Positions 56,853-64,000 of a stretch of DNA of 64,000 nucleotides are shown here, one piece after another. Each line of letters begins with the position of its first letter. Within the stretch, counting starts at the first letter, position 1. The stretch is from Gammaproteobacteria bacterium (GTDB lineage: Bacteria > Pseudomonadota > Gammaproteobacteria > Steroidobacterales > Foliamicaceae), in the NCBI GenBank assembly GCA_009845905.1, contig VXYS01000004.1, forward strand, positions 460,548-524,547, written 5' to 3'. The position numbers were made by a program, and so were the translations under genes. The notes beneath the pieces were generated by a model. That model was given only the letters and a program-made list of their open reading frames with translations, searched no databases and was not told the origin of the DNA.

Positions 56853-56884
56853 GCGGGTCCCTCTCTCATGCGTCCCGGAAACAC

Positions 56885-57658
56885 TCAGGTCAGCGCGAAC
56901 AGCCGGCCGTAGTCGGCGGTCCGCACGCGGGCCCCGGCCAGCCTGATCGCTTCCCATATTGTGACCTGATTGGCCGTGAGTACGGGCAGGTCGAGTTCGG
57001 CCTCCAGCCGTCGCATGACCTCGAAGGCCGCCATGGCCGTATCCGGTATCAGCAGGGCCTCGGCGCCGGAGCAGTCCATCGACAGCGCCTTTTCAATCAG
57101 CAGGTCCGGCCCAAGGTCGAAAGCGTCCTCCCCTCTTTCCGTGTCCAGGTGAATGGCGTCGCCCACCGCGATCCCGGCTTCGCCCAGAAAACCGCGAAAG
57201 GCTTCGGTGACTTCCGCCGGATAGCTGGCGAGAACCGCCACACGGCGTATGCCCAGGGCCCGGATGGCCCCGGCATAGGCCAGCGCGGTGCTGCTGACCG
57301 GAGCGCCCAGGATCTCGGCAAGCCCTGCAGCCTGGTCTTTCGACCACTGCATCCCGCCGATAAAGCTGGCGCTGGTTGTGGCCCAGATCGCTGCATGAAC
57401 GCGTAGTGGCTTCATCGAACGCGTCGGGTAACTCAGGTTCTCGATCGATCCGATCGCGTAGAGAGGATCGGGATAGTGGGTCTTGTCACCTCCGTACGCA
57501 TGCATGCCGCCGATCAGGTAGCACAACAGGTTGTGGTTGAAATATTCCGCGAAGTGGTAGTACTCGAAGGCGCTTCCGCCGCGGGGATACAGGAAACCCA
57601 GTCGCGGCCGCTCCGCCATCGGCACGGCCGTGTTCGGCGTTATCACGTCCGTATACAT
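56885..57658 (-). CDS. Asp/Glu racemase / maleate isomerase superfamily protein (paralog 3, lacks both Cys)
   Basis: 257 aa, co-linear with paralogs 1 and 2. IWATTSASF and LIPDTAM replace the two Cys motifs. Confidence 0.7.
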   Translation of the reverse strand: MYTDVITPNTAVPMAERPRLGFLYPRGGSAFEYYHFAEYFNHNLLCYLIGGMHAYGGDKTHYPDPLYAIGSIENLSYPTRSMKPLRVHAAIWATTSASFIGGMQWSKDQAAGLAEILGAPVSSTALAYAGAIRALGIRRVAVLASYPAEVTEAFRGFLGEAGIAVGDAIHLDTERGEDAFDLGPDLLIEKALSMDCSGAEALLIPDTAMAAFEVMRRLEAELDLPVLTANQVTIWEAIRLAGARVRTADYGRLFALT

Positions 57659-57676
57659 CGCCCTGCGGTTCCTGCG

Positions 57677-58684
57677 TCAGCCCAACTGACGTTCCGCGTC
57701 CTCCTTCGAGTACGAACGCAGGTTGTCGACGATGGGCGCGATATGGCCTCCTTCTCCGGTCTCGGCGAAAAGGCCGAACCGGCCCTGCGAGCGCTCCTGG
57801 AAATATCGTTTTAGCGTCATCCGGGTCTGGTAGTCCAGCAGGTCCTCCCACGGCGTCGCGCCAGCGTCGAAAAACCTCCAGTTTTCCCGGTCCGCCAGGT
57901 CCGGCTTTGCCGACAGCTCGCCGCGGTACAACAGCAGCGTGCATTCCCGGTGCCGTATTTCGTCAACGGAATACAGGAAACTGATGGTCGTGGGGGCGCC
58001 TGCTTCGGCCAGCCGTTCGCGCAGGCCCCCGAGGGGCAGCCCGCCCGCATCGCCAGGCGCCTCGGGAAACGACCACTTGCCGCCCTCCCCGGCACGGCAC
58101 AGCAAAACGCGGCCGCCGTGGTCCACGATCACGCTGAATACGGTCTGCCCGCGCGTCTGGGACGCGCTCTGCTCGTCCGAAACATTGAAGAAACCGCCGC
58201 GGAAATAGCCCAGCGGCAACGCGGAGCCCTCGGCCATACCCACCACCTTGCCGATCACCACGTCATGATCACCGGCGGCCACGATGTCGCTGAGCCTGCA
58301 ATCCAGCCACGCGACCGAATCGGCGAAGATGGGCGCGCCCGTGGCCGCGCGTTGGGTCTGAACGCCATCGAACTTGTCCGCGGCGTTGGTCGCGAAGCGT
58401 ATCGACAGCTCCCTTTGCGCTTCGCTGGCGATATTCACGGCAAACACCTCGCTTTGCCTGAGCGCGGCCAGGCTTCTCGACCGGCGCTCAACACAAACCA
58501 GCACCAGCGGCGGCGCCAGCGATACCGAGGTGAAGCTGTTGGCCGTCAGGCCGTGCAGACACCCTTGCGAATCCAGGGTCGTGACAATCGTGACGCCCGT
58601 GGCGAAACTGCCGACGACTCTGCGGAAGAACGCGGGATCGACCGATGCGTGACCGGCGGCCCCCGTCAACGCCCGGTCCCCCAT
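57677..58684 (-). CDS. flavin reductase domain fused to a Nudix-like domain with a degenerate Nudix box
   Basis: N-terminal part: FRRVVGSFATGVTIVTT...LTANSFTSVSLAPPLVLVCV (flavin reductase/HpaC-like). C-terminal part: GGKWSFPEAPGDAGGLPLGGLRERLAEAGA, resembling GX5EX7REUXEEXGU with substitutions. Confidence 0.7.
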   Translation of the reverse strand: MGDRALTGAAGHASVDPAFFRRVVGSFATGVTIVTTLDSQGCLHGLTANSFTSVSLAPPLVLVCVERRSRSLAALRQSEVFAVNIASEAQRELSIRFATNAADKFDGVQTQRAATGAPIFADSVAWLDCRLSDIVAAGDHDVVIGKVVGMAEGSALPLGYFRGGFFNVSDEQSASQTRGQTVFSVIVDHGGRVLLCRAGEGGKWSFPEAPGDAGGLPLGGLRERLAEAGAPTTISFLYSVDEIRHRECTLLLYRGELSAKPDLADRENWRFFDAGATPWEDLLDYQTRMTLKRYFQERSQGRFGLFAETGEGGHIAPIVDNLRSYSKEDAERQLG

Positions 58685-58687
58685 ATT

Positions 58688-59719
58688 TCAGGCGCCCGGC
58701 CCGATGGCATTGCGCAGGTCCACCGTGCGCGCGGGCGTCTTTCCGGCAAGAAATTCGCGCACGTTTTCAATGGCGAATTCAATCATGCGCTCGCGCATTC
58801 CCAGCACGTTCGAGGCCATGTCGGGGGTGCCCACCACGCGCGGCAGCCGGTGCACCGCCAGCCGCGAAGGAACGTTGTAGTGATAGCCCGCGGGAGACGC
58901 GTCGGCATAGTCCCACCACACGTCGGCGGCAAAACCGCCCAGGTCGCCCCGGGTCAGGGCCTGGTGGACCGCCGACTCGTTGACCACCATGCCGCGGCCC
59001 ACGTTCACCAGCAGGGCGCCGGGCTTCAGGACCGCAAACTGCTCATGCCCCATCAACCCGCGGGTCCGGGGAGTGAGGGGCAGAGCCAGGATTACGGCAT
59101 CGGCCGCTTCCAGTACGGAATTGAGCCTGTCGGCGCCCACGAGTTCGTCCACGGCGTCCACCTGCCGGGAAACATCGCGCCTGACGCCGACGGTCTTCAT
59201 CCCGAAGGCGCGGCACCTTGCGGCAATAAGTGTCCCGATACGCCCCAAACCGACGATCGCGGCGACCTTCCCGGCAAGCTGAACGCTGGCCGTATCCGGC
59301 GTCAGATCGATCCAGTCGACGCGCCGCACCGACCGGTCGTGCTCCGCGATTCGTTTGGCGAGCGCCAGCAGCAGCGCCATGGCATGCTCGGCAACCGCCA
59401 CGGAATTGACGCCGCCGGCGTTGGCGAGCGTCACTCCGCGCTTGAGAAAAAGCGCGAGGTCGTAGCGGTCGTAACCGGTATGGGCGGACGAGACCAGCTT
59501 CAGCTTGCGGGCCTCGACGAAGACCTGGCGGGGAAAGTTCCAGCCGACGATGATTTCAGCCTCGCGCCCCAGGCGGACCAGTTCCGCCGGGTCCGCGTCG
59601 TAGTCGCCCTGGTCCGGCGAATGTTCGGGCACCAGGAATTCACAGCCGGACGGAGCCAGCGTGCGGATCCACTCCAGCTGCTCCGCGGCCTTCTGCCAAC
59701 CCAGCAGGATCGCTGTCAT
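58688..59719 (-). CDS. D-isomer-specific 2-hydroxyacid dehydrogenase family protein
   Basis: NAD site GKVAAIVGLGRIGTLIA, NVGRG and HLPRVVGTPD motifs. Start is ATG 59719. Confidence 0.85.
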   Translation of the reverse strand: MTAILLGWQKAAEQLEWIRTLAPSGCEFLVPEHSPDQGDYDADPAELVRLGREAEIIVGWNFPRQVFVEARKLKLVSSAHTGYDRYDLALFLKRGVTLANAGGVNSVAVAEHAMALLLALAKRIAEHDRSVRRVDWIDLTPDTASVQLAGKVAAIVGLGRIGTLIAARCRAFGMKTVGVRRDVSRQVDAVDELVGADRLNSVLEAADAVILALPLTPRTRGLMGHEQFAVLKPGALLVNVGRGMVVNESAVHQALTRGDLGGFAADVWWDYADASPAGYHYNVPSRLAVHRLPRVVGTPDMASNVLGMRERMIEFAIENVREFLAGKTPARTVDLRNAIGPGA

Positions 59720-59726
59720 CCTGTTC

Positions 59727-60506
59727 CTACCACGCAAGCGCTCCGCCGTCCACTGGAATCACCGCTCCAGTCACGTAGCTTCCCGCATCCGAAGCGAGAA
59801 ACAGCGCCGCGCCCACGATCTCGTGCAATTCGCCCGCGCGTCCCCGGGGCAGCATCTTCATGAAGTCCGCGTTCACGTCCGGCTCCTTCTCGGTCTCGGC
59901 CCGAATGGTCTCCGTCATGAACAGCCCGGGCGCGATGGAATTGACCCGCACGCCGTGCGGCCCCCACTCCACGCCCAGGCTCTTGGCGATCTGAATTTCC
60001 ATGGCCTTGCTCACCTGGTAGCCGACGCTGCCCGGCTTGCCCACCATACCCCCGATCGACGAAAGATTGACGATGGCGCCGCCGTTGTCCTGCTCCAGCA
60101 TCACCCGCCCCACCGCCTGGGTGCAGAGAAAGGTTCCGCCGGCGTTCACGCTGATCACCTCGTCCCAAAGCTCCATCGGATAGCTCACGGCGGGCGACCG
60201 TCCGCCTATCCCCGCGCAGTGAATCAGCGCGTCGATGCGCCCCGACACGCTTAGCGCGGCGCTTACCAGGGCATCCACCTGCCCGGGAACGGACACGTCC
60301 GTGGGACAGGGCAGAACGCTGGCGGCCGCTGGACTGAGCTCCTCGGCAACCTTGCGCAGGCCGGGGGCGTTCTTGTCCGCGATGACCACATTGGCGCCGA
60401 AGTCCGCCAGGGCCAGGGAAATTTCCCTGCCTAGCCCGCTCGCCGCGCCAGTCACGACGACCGTCTTGCCGCCAAAGTCGAAAAGCGTCCTGTACCTGCC
60501 GTTCAT
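59727..60506 (-). CDS. SDR family oxidoreductase
   Basis: VTGAASGLG and YQVSKAM motifs. 259 aa. Confidence 0.88.
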   Translation of the reverse strand: MNGRYRTLFDFGGKTVVVTGAASGLGREISLALADFGANVVIADKNAPGLRKVAEELSPAAASVLPCPTDVSVPGQVDALVSAALSVSGRIDALIHCAGIGGRSPAVSYPMELWDEVISVNAGGTFLCTQAVGRVMLEQDNGGAIVNLSSIGGMVGKPGSVGYQVSKAMEIQIAKSLGVEWGPHGVRVNSIAPGLFMTETIRAETEKEPDVNADFMKMLPRGRAGELHEIVGAALFLASDAGSYVTGAVIPVDGGALAW

Positions 60507-60539
60507 GCCTCTTTCCCCTGCACCCTCGCCACGACTCCC

Positions 60540-61319
60540 TCAACTGGCGATGTAGCCGCCATCCGTCGCGATCAGGTTGCCCGTCACCATGCTGCTGGCG
60601 TCCGAGGCAAGAAAGAGTATCGCGCCCACGACCTCCTCCGGCTGCGCCCTGCGGCCCATCGGCACTCGCCGCAGGCGTTCCGCGAAATACTCCGGCTCCC
60701 GAGCTTCTTCCTGCTGGTTTTGCGGCGTATCCACGGATCCGGGTGCAATCGAATTGACCCGCACGTTGTACGGCGCCCACTCGACCCCCAGGCTGCGGGA
60801 CATCTGACCCAGTCCCGCCTTGCTGACCTGGTAACCCACGCTGCCCGGCCATCCGACGGCAGCGGCGCAGGAAGCGATATTGATGATCGAACCCTTTCTC
60901 CGCGCAATCATCCCGGGCGCCACCGCCCTGGCGCACAGAAAGCTGCCGCGCGTATTGATGTGTATGACCTTCCGCCACAGTTCCAGCGGATAGTCCCTGG
61001 CCACGCCGCGTGCGCCTATACCGGCGCAATTGACGAGCACATCCACGTGGCCGGACACGCTTTCGGCTGTTTCCGCCATCTGAGCAACCTGCTCCTGGTC
61101 CGAAATGTCGGCCACTGCGCCGGTCACGCGGTAACCCTCGGCCCGCATTGCGGCCACGGCCTCGTCCAGGCCGCCGGAATTCACGTCCGCGGCCACGACC
61201 TGGGCGCCGGCGTCGGCAAGCCCGTAGGCGGCGCGCAGGCCCATGCCGCTGGCTGCGCCGGTCACCAGCGCCACCCGGTCATCGAGCCTGAAAAGATCAG
61301 TGGAGTATTGGCCCGCCAT
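60540..61319 (-). CDS. SDR family oxidoreductase (paralog of 59727..60506)
   Basis: VTGAASGMG and YQVSKAG motifs. 259 aa. Confidence 0.88.
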   Translation of the reverse strand: MAGQYSTDLFRLDDRVALVTGAASGMGLRAAYGLADAGAQVVAADVNSGGLDEAVAAMRAEGYRVTGAVADISDQEQVAQMAETAESVSGHVDVLVNCAGIGARGVARDYPLELWRKVIHINTRGSFLCARAVAPGMIARRKGSIINIASCAAAVGWPGSVGYQVSKAGLGQMSRSLGVEWAPYNVRVNSIAPGSVDTPQNQQEEAREPEYFAERLRRVPMGRRAQPEEVVGAILFLASDASSMVTGNLIATDGGYIAS

Positions 61320-61452
61320 GCGTCAGAAACTGCTCCTTACAGCGCCAACTTTTACAGTATATCTGTTCACTTGCAGCAACTTAAGAGTATGGCCGACTCC
61401 TGTCAAGCAGGACGGCCGCCCACGGTTGAGACGATCAGTTGCACCGAACGCC

Positions 61453-62337
61453 TCACGATTTCACGGCGCCTGAGGTGAGGCCCGAGATGACGTGCCGCTG
61501 CGCGGCCAGGAACACAACGATCATCGGCAGCATGGTGAGCGTCACGAAGGCGCAGATCATCTGCCAGTCCGATCCCCGCTCATCGGTATAGTCCATCAGG
61601 CCCAGCGGCCATGTAAAGAGTTCGGGAGTGCTCAGAAGGACCATCGGCAAAAAGTAGGTGTTCCAGCTTGCCACGAAGTTTATGATCGCAACGGTTGCGA
61701 TGATCGGCCCCGACAGCGGCAATACGATCTCCCAGTAGAACCGGAAGTAGCCGCAACCGTCCACGAAGGCCGCGTCGAACAGCTCCCCGGGCAGGTTTCT
61801 GAAGTAATTGGCGAACAGGACCACGGCCACCGAAATGCCGCCGGCAACCTTGGGCAGCACCAGACCGATATGGCTGTCCATGAGCCCCAGGTCGCGAACG
61901 AGGATGAAGAGCGGAAGAATGGCCGTTGCGGTGGGAAACATCAGGCCCATGACCACGTACCCGAGCAGGAACTTCGAGCCGAAGAAGCGCAGTTGCGAAA
62001 ACGCGAACGCGGCCATGGACGCGACCAGGATCGTGAACACGACCGCAAGGAAGGCCACCACCAGCGAATTCCTGAGCATGACCCAGTAATCCGCGCTCAG
62101 CAGGATGTCTCCGTAATTGCTCCAGACCCAGGTGCTGGGCAGGCCCAGCGGATTGACCCTTAAGTCCCCCAGCGTCTTGAAGCCTCCGAGCACGGTCGCC
62201 ACCAGCGGCACCAGCACGACCAGCGCGAACACGGAGAGCACCGCATAGACCAGCACGCGGCCCACATCGACGCGGCGGTCCGGTGCGCGCCCTGCCGCTG
62301 CGGGATCCCGGACGGTAATCGGATTCCCTTCAGGCAT
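61453..62337 (-). CDS. carbohydrate ABC transporter permease (MalG-like)
   Basis: 294 aa, 6 TM, with an EAA-type loop (DAAFVDGCGYFRFYWEIVLPL). Confidence 0.88.
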   Translation of the reverse strand: MPEGNPITVRDPAAAGRAPDRRVDVGRVLVYAVLSVFALVVLVPLVATVLGGFKTLGDLRVNPLGLPSTWVWSNYGDILLSADYWVMLRNSLVVAFLAVVFTILVASMAAFAFSQLRFFGSKFLLGYVVMGLMFPTATAILPLFILVRDLGLMDSHIGLVLPKVAGGISVAVVLFANYFRNLPGELFDAAFVDGCGYFRFYWEIVLPLSGPIIATVAIINFVASWNTYFLPMVLLSTPELFTWPLGLMDYTDERGSDWQMICAFVTLTMLPMIVVFLAAQRHVISGLTSGAVKS

Positions 62338-63229
62338 ATCGGCCGCTCAACTTCCGGTAGGTCGCAGAGAACGCCAGGGTGATGAAGAAGATGACCACGC
62401 CGATGGCGGAGCCGAATCCGATCCGCATGCTCGCGATGCCGTCGGCGTACAGGTAGTGCACCATGGTTGAGGTGGACCGGGAGGGTCCGCCTGTGGTCAT
62501 GGCCATGATCATGTCGAAGGCCTGGATGGAACTGATCACCACGAAGAACCCGGAAAGCGCGATGGTGGGGGCCAGCAACGGGATGGTGATTCTCGTCAGC
62601 TTCTGGAACGGGCCCGCGCCGTCGATCTCGGCGGCCTCATAGAGCGAATGGTCGATCTGCTGCAGTCCGGCCACGAACAGGATGAGGTGGAAGCCGAAGC
62701 TCTTCCACACCATCACCACCGCCACCGCCGTAAGCGCCAGTTGCGGATTGGCCAGCACATAGGCTTCGTCCAGTCCGAACAGGCTGATTTCCGAAAGCAC
62801 TCCGTAGTCTCCGTCGAGCAGGTAGCGCCAGATCAGACCGGCGGTCAGGTCGGCGAGCACGTACGGCAGGAAGAAAATCAGCCGGAACGTGATCGCGAAC
62901 GGGATCCTGCGGGCGATCACCACCGACAGCCCGAGCGCGACGGGCACCACCGTGGCCATCATGAAGACAATCAGGTAGAGATTGTTGCCGAAGGCCTTCC
63001 AGAACAGGGGATCGTTCAGAACGCTGACGAAATTGCGAAATCCGGTGAAATCGGTGGGCCAGCCGAATCCGTTCCAGTCAAAGAAACTGAACATCGCGGC
63101 CTGCGCCACGGGCCAGACCATGAAAACGGTGTAGATGAGCAGGCCGGGGCAAAGAAACAGCGTGACCAGCGCGGCGGTCGACCGCTGCGGAATCCCCGGC
63201 GCGAACGGGCCTGTAACTGCTGTTTTCAT
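62330..63229 (-). CDS. carbohydrate ABC transporter permease (MalF-like)
   Basis: 299 aa, 6 TM, with an EAA loop (YEAAEIDGAGPFQKLTRITIPLL). 8-nt overlap with the downstream permease gene. Confidence 0.88.
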   Translation of the reverse strand: MKTAVTGPFAPGIPQRSTAALVTLFLCPGLLIYTVFMVWPVAQAAMFSFFDWNGFGWPTDFTGFRNFVSVLNDPLFWKAFGNNLYLIVFMMATVVPVALGLSVVIARRIPFAITFRLIFFLPYVLADLTAGLIWRYLLDGDYGVLSEISLFGLDEAYVLANPQLALTAVAVVMVWKSFGFHLILFVAGLQQIDHSLYEAAEIDGAGPFQKLTRITIPLLAPTIALSGFFVVISSIQAFDMIMAMTTGGPSRSTSTMVHYLYADGIASMRIGFGSAIGVVIFFITLAFSATYRKLSGRYA

Positions 63230-63411
63230 TTGAATTGCATCAAGACGGTAGTGTCTCCTGCGCTTGAAGACAAGATTCCCAGACTTCAGAACCGCTTTCG
63301 CGCCGGGAAAGGGAAAATCCCGCCCGTGTTTGAATACTACTGCAATCGAACATCTTTCTTGGAACAGAGCGGCTCGTCGCGGACCGTGATAATTCTAGTA
63401 AATCGATACTA

Positions 63412-63440
63412 TTGCAAAAAGTTTGCATTCCTGATATAAG
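63412..63440 (+). promoter_or_regulatory. near-consensus sigma70-type promoter with an overlapping palindromic operator
   Basis: TTGCAA (63412..63417), N17, TATAAG (63435..63440). Palindrome TGCAAA-AAG-TTTGCA (63413..63427) overlaps the -35 element. About 105 nt upstream of the TonB-dependent receptor ATG 63547. Confidence 0.4.
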
Positions 63441-63546
63441 AGGGTATCGCGGATACGGGGACGATCAGGATGAATCTGCCGCGGACTCCGCTCGGGGCCG
63501 GTTGACAGCGAGCCGGCGAGGCGATTTTCAGGGAGTTCAGACAACC

Positions 63547-64000
63547 ATGAGCACACCATATGTAGCGAACAAATTGCAATCTGTTTGGATGATTGCCATT
63601 GCAGCGGGACTTGCATTCGGCGCGGGAACCGCAGCGGCCCAGTCCGATTCCGACGACGAGGCCATCGAAGAGATCGTGGTGACCGGCATCCGCGGATCAC
63701 TGCAGCGGTCGCTCGAGGCAAAGCGAAACGCAGACCAGGTCATCGACAGCATTTCCGCGGAAGACATCGGCAAGTTCCCGGACGAAAACGTGGCCGAATC
63801 ACTGCAGCGGGTGACCGGCGTGCAGATCGATCGAAGCGGCCGCGCTTTCGGTGAAGGCAGTTTCATCAGTATCCGCGGTCTGGGACCGGACACCAGCCGG
63901 ACGTTTGTCAACGGTCGGGCAGTCCTTGCTACCGGCTTCGGCGAGCGCGGCGTGGACTTTCGCAATCTGCCCTCCGAATTCGTCTCCTCCCTGAGTGTCG
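63547..64000 (+). CDS. TonB-dependent receptor, N-terminal part (continues beyond window end)
   Basis: My own translation: MSTPYVANKLQSVWMIAIAAGLAFGAGTAAAQSDSDDEAIEEIVVTGIRGSLQRSLEAKRNADQVIDSISAEDIGKFPDENVAESLQRVTGVQIDR... This is a signal peptide plus plug domain, typical of carbohydrate-type TBDRs. Open to the window end. Confidence 0.85.
   Translation, partial: MSTPYVANKLQSVWMIAIAAGLAFGAGTAAAQSDSDDEAIEEIVVTGIRGSLQRSLEAKRNADQVIDSISAEDIGKFPDENVAESLQRVTGVQIDRSGRAFGEGSFISIRGLGPDTSRTFVNGRAVLATGFGERGVDFRNLPSEFVSSLSV

Noticed and set aside
57950-59863. 637-aa + strand ORF
   Set aside because: Antisense to the flavin-reductase fusion and the 2-hydroxyacid dehydrogenase genes. Shadow-ORF composition.
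1-64000. Search for rRNA, tRNA, CRISPR arrays, transposases, integrases or phage genes
   Set aside because: I saw no cloverleaf-like or rRNA-like conserved stretches. I saw no regularly spaced direct repeats and no ORFs with DDE transposase, tyrosine/serine recombinase or phage structural motifs. The only mobile-DNA hints are the TA relic and the 32-bp inverted repeat.

Overview
Visibly high-GC (not computed), densely coding bacterial chromosomal segment, proteobacterial in style, with about 58 protein-coding genes. I saw no rRNA, tRNA, CRISPR array, transposase or integrase. Many long ORFs in the six-frame track are antisense shadow ORFs typical of high-GC DNA, and I rejected them. Left third (0-19.9 kb): aldehyde dehydrogenase, a peptide-type ABC importer without a binding protein, a PrpD-family protein, and an oxygenase-rich aromatic-catabolism locus. 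That locus has two FAD monooxygenases, an HpaB-type monooxygenase, a Rieske oxygenase, a nitrilase-superfamily protein, a TonB-dependent receptor and an MFS transporter. Centre (about 20.4-32.3 kb): the stand-out feature, a compact sterol-biosynthesis locus. One minus-strand operon encodes SdmB, SdmA, an ERG4/ERG24-type sterol reductase, CYP51 and a single 1158-aa ORF fusing squalene epoxidase to oxidosqualene cyclase. Around it lie a convergent ERG6/SMT-type sterol C-24 methyltransferase, a divergent EBP/EXPERA-like membrane protein with a DUF899 protein, and an upstream repeat-rich lipoprotein. The locus sits between two halves of an L-fucose-type sugar-acid pathway, next to a decayed toxin-antitoxin module. 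Right half: fuconate dehydratase, aldo-keto reductase, SDR, FAH hydrolase, xylAB, and an LLM/Ldh_2/SDR group. It also carries an aminotransferase, racemase-like, M24 and M20 module with a MerR-XRE-cupin regulator, then GH3 and mutarotase genes. A long minus-strand sugar ABC and dehydrogenase operon follows, and the window ends in the 5' part of a second TonB-dependent receptor.
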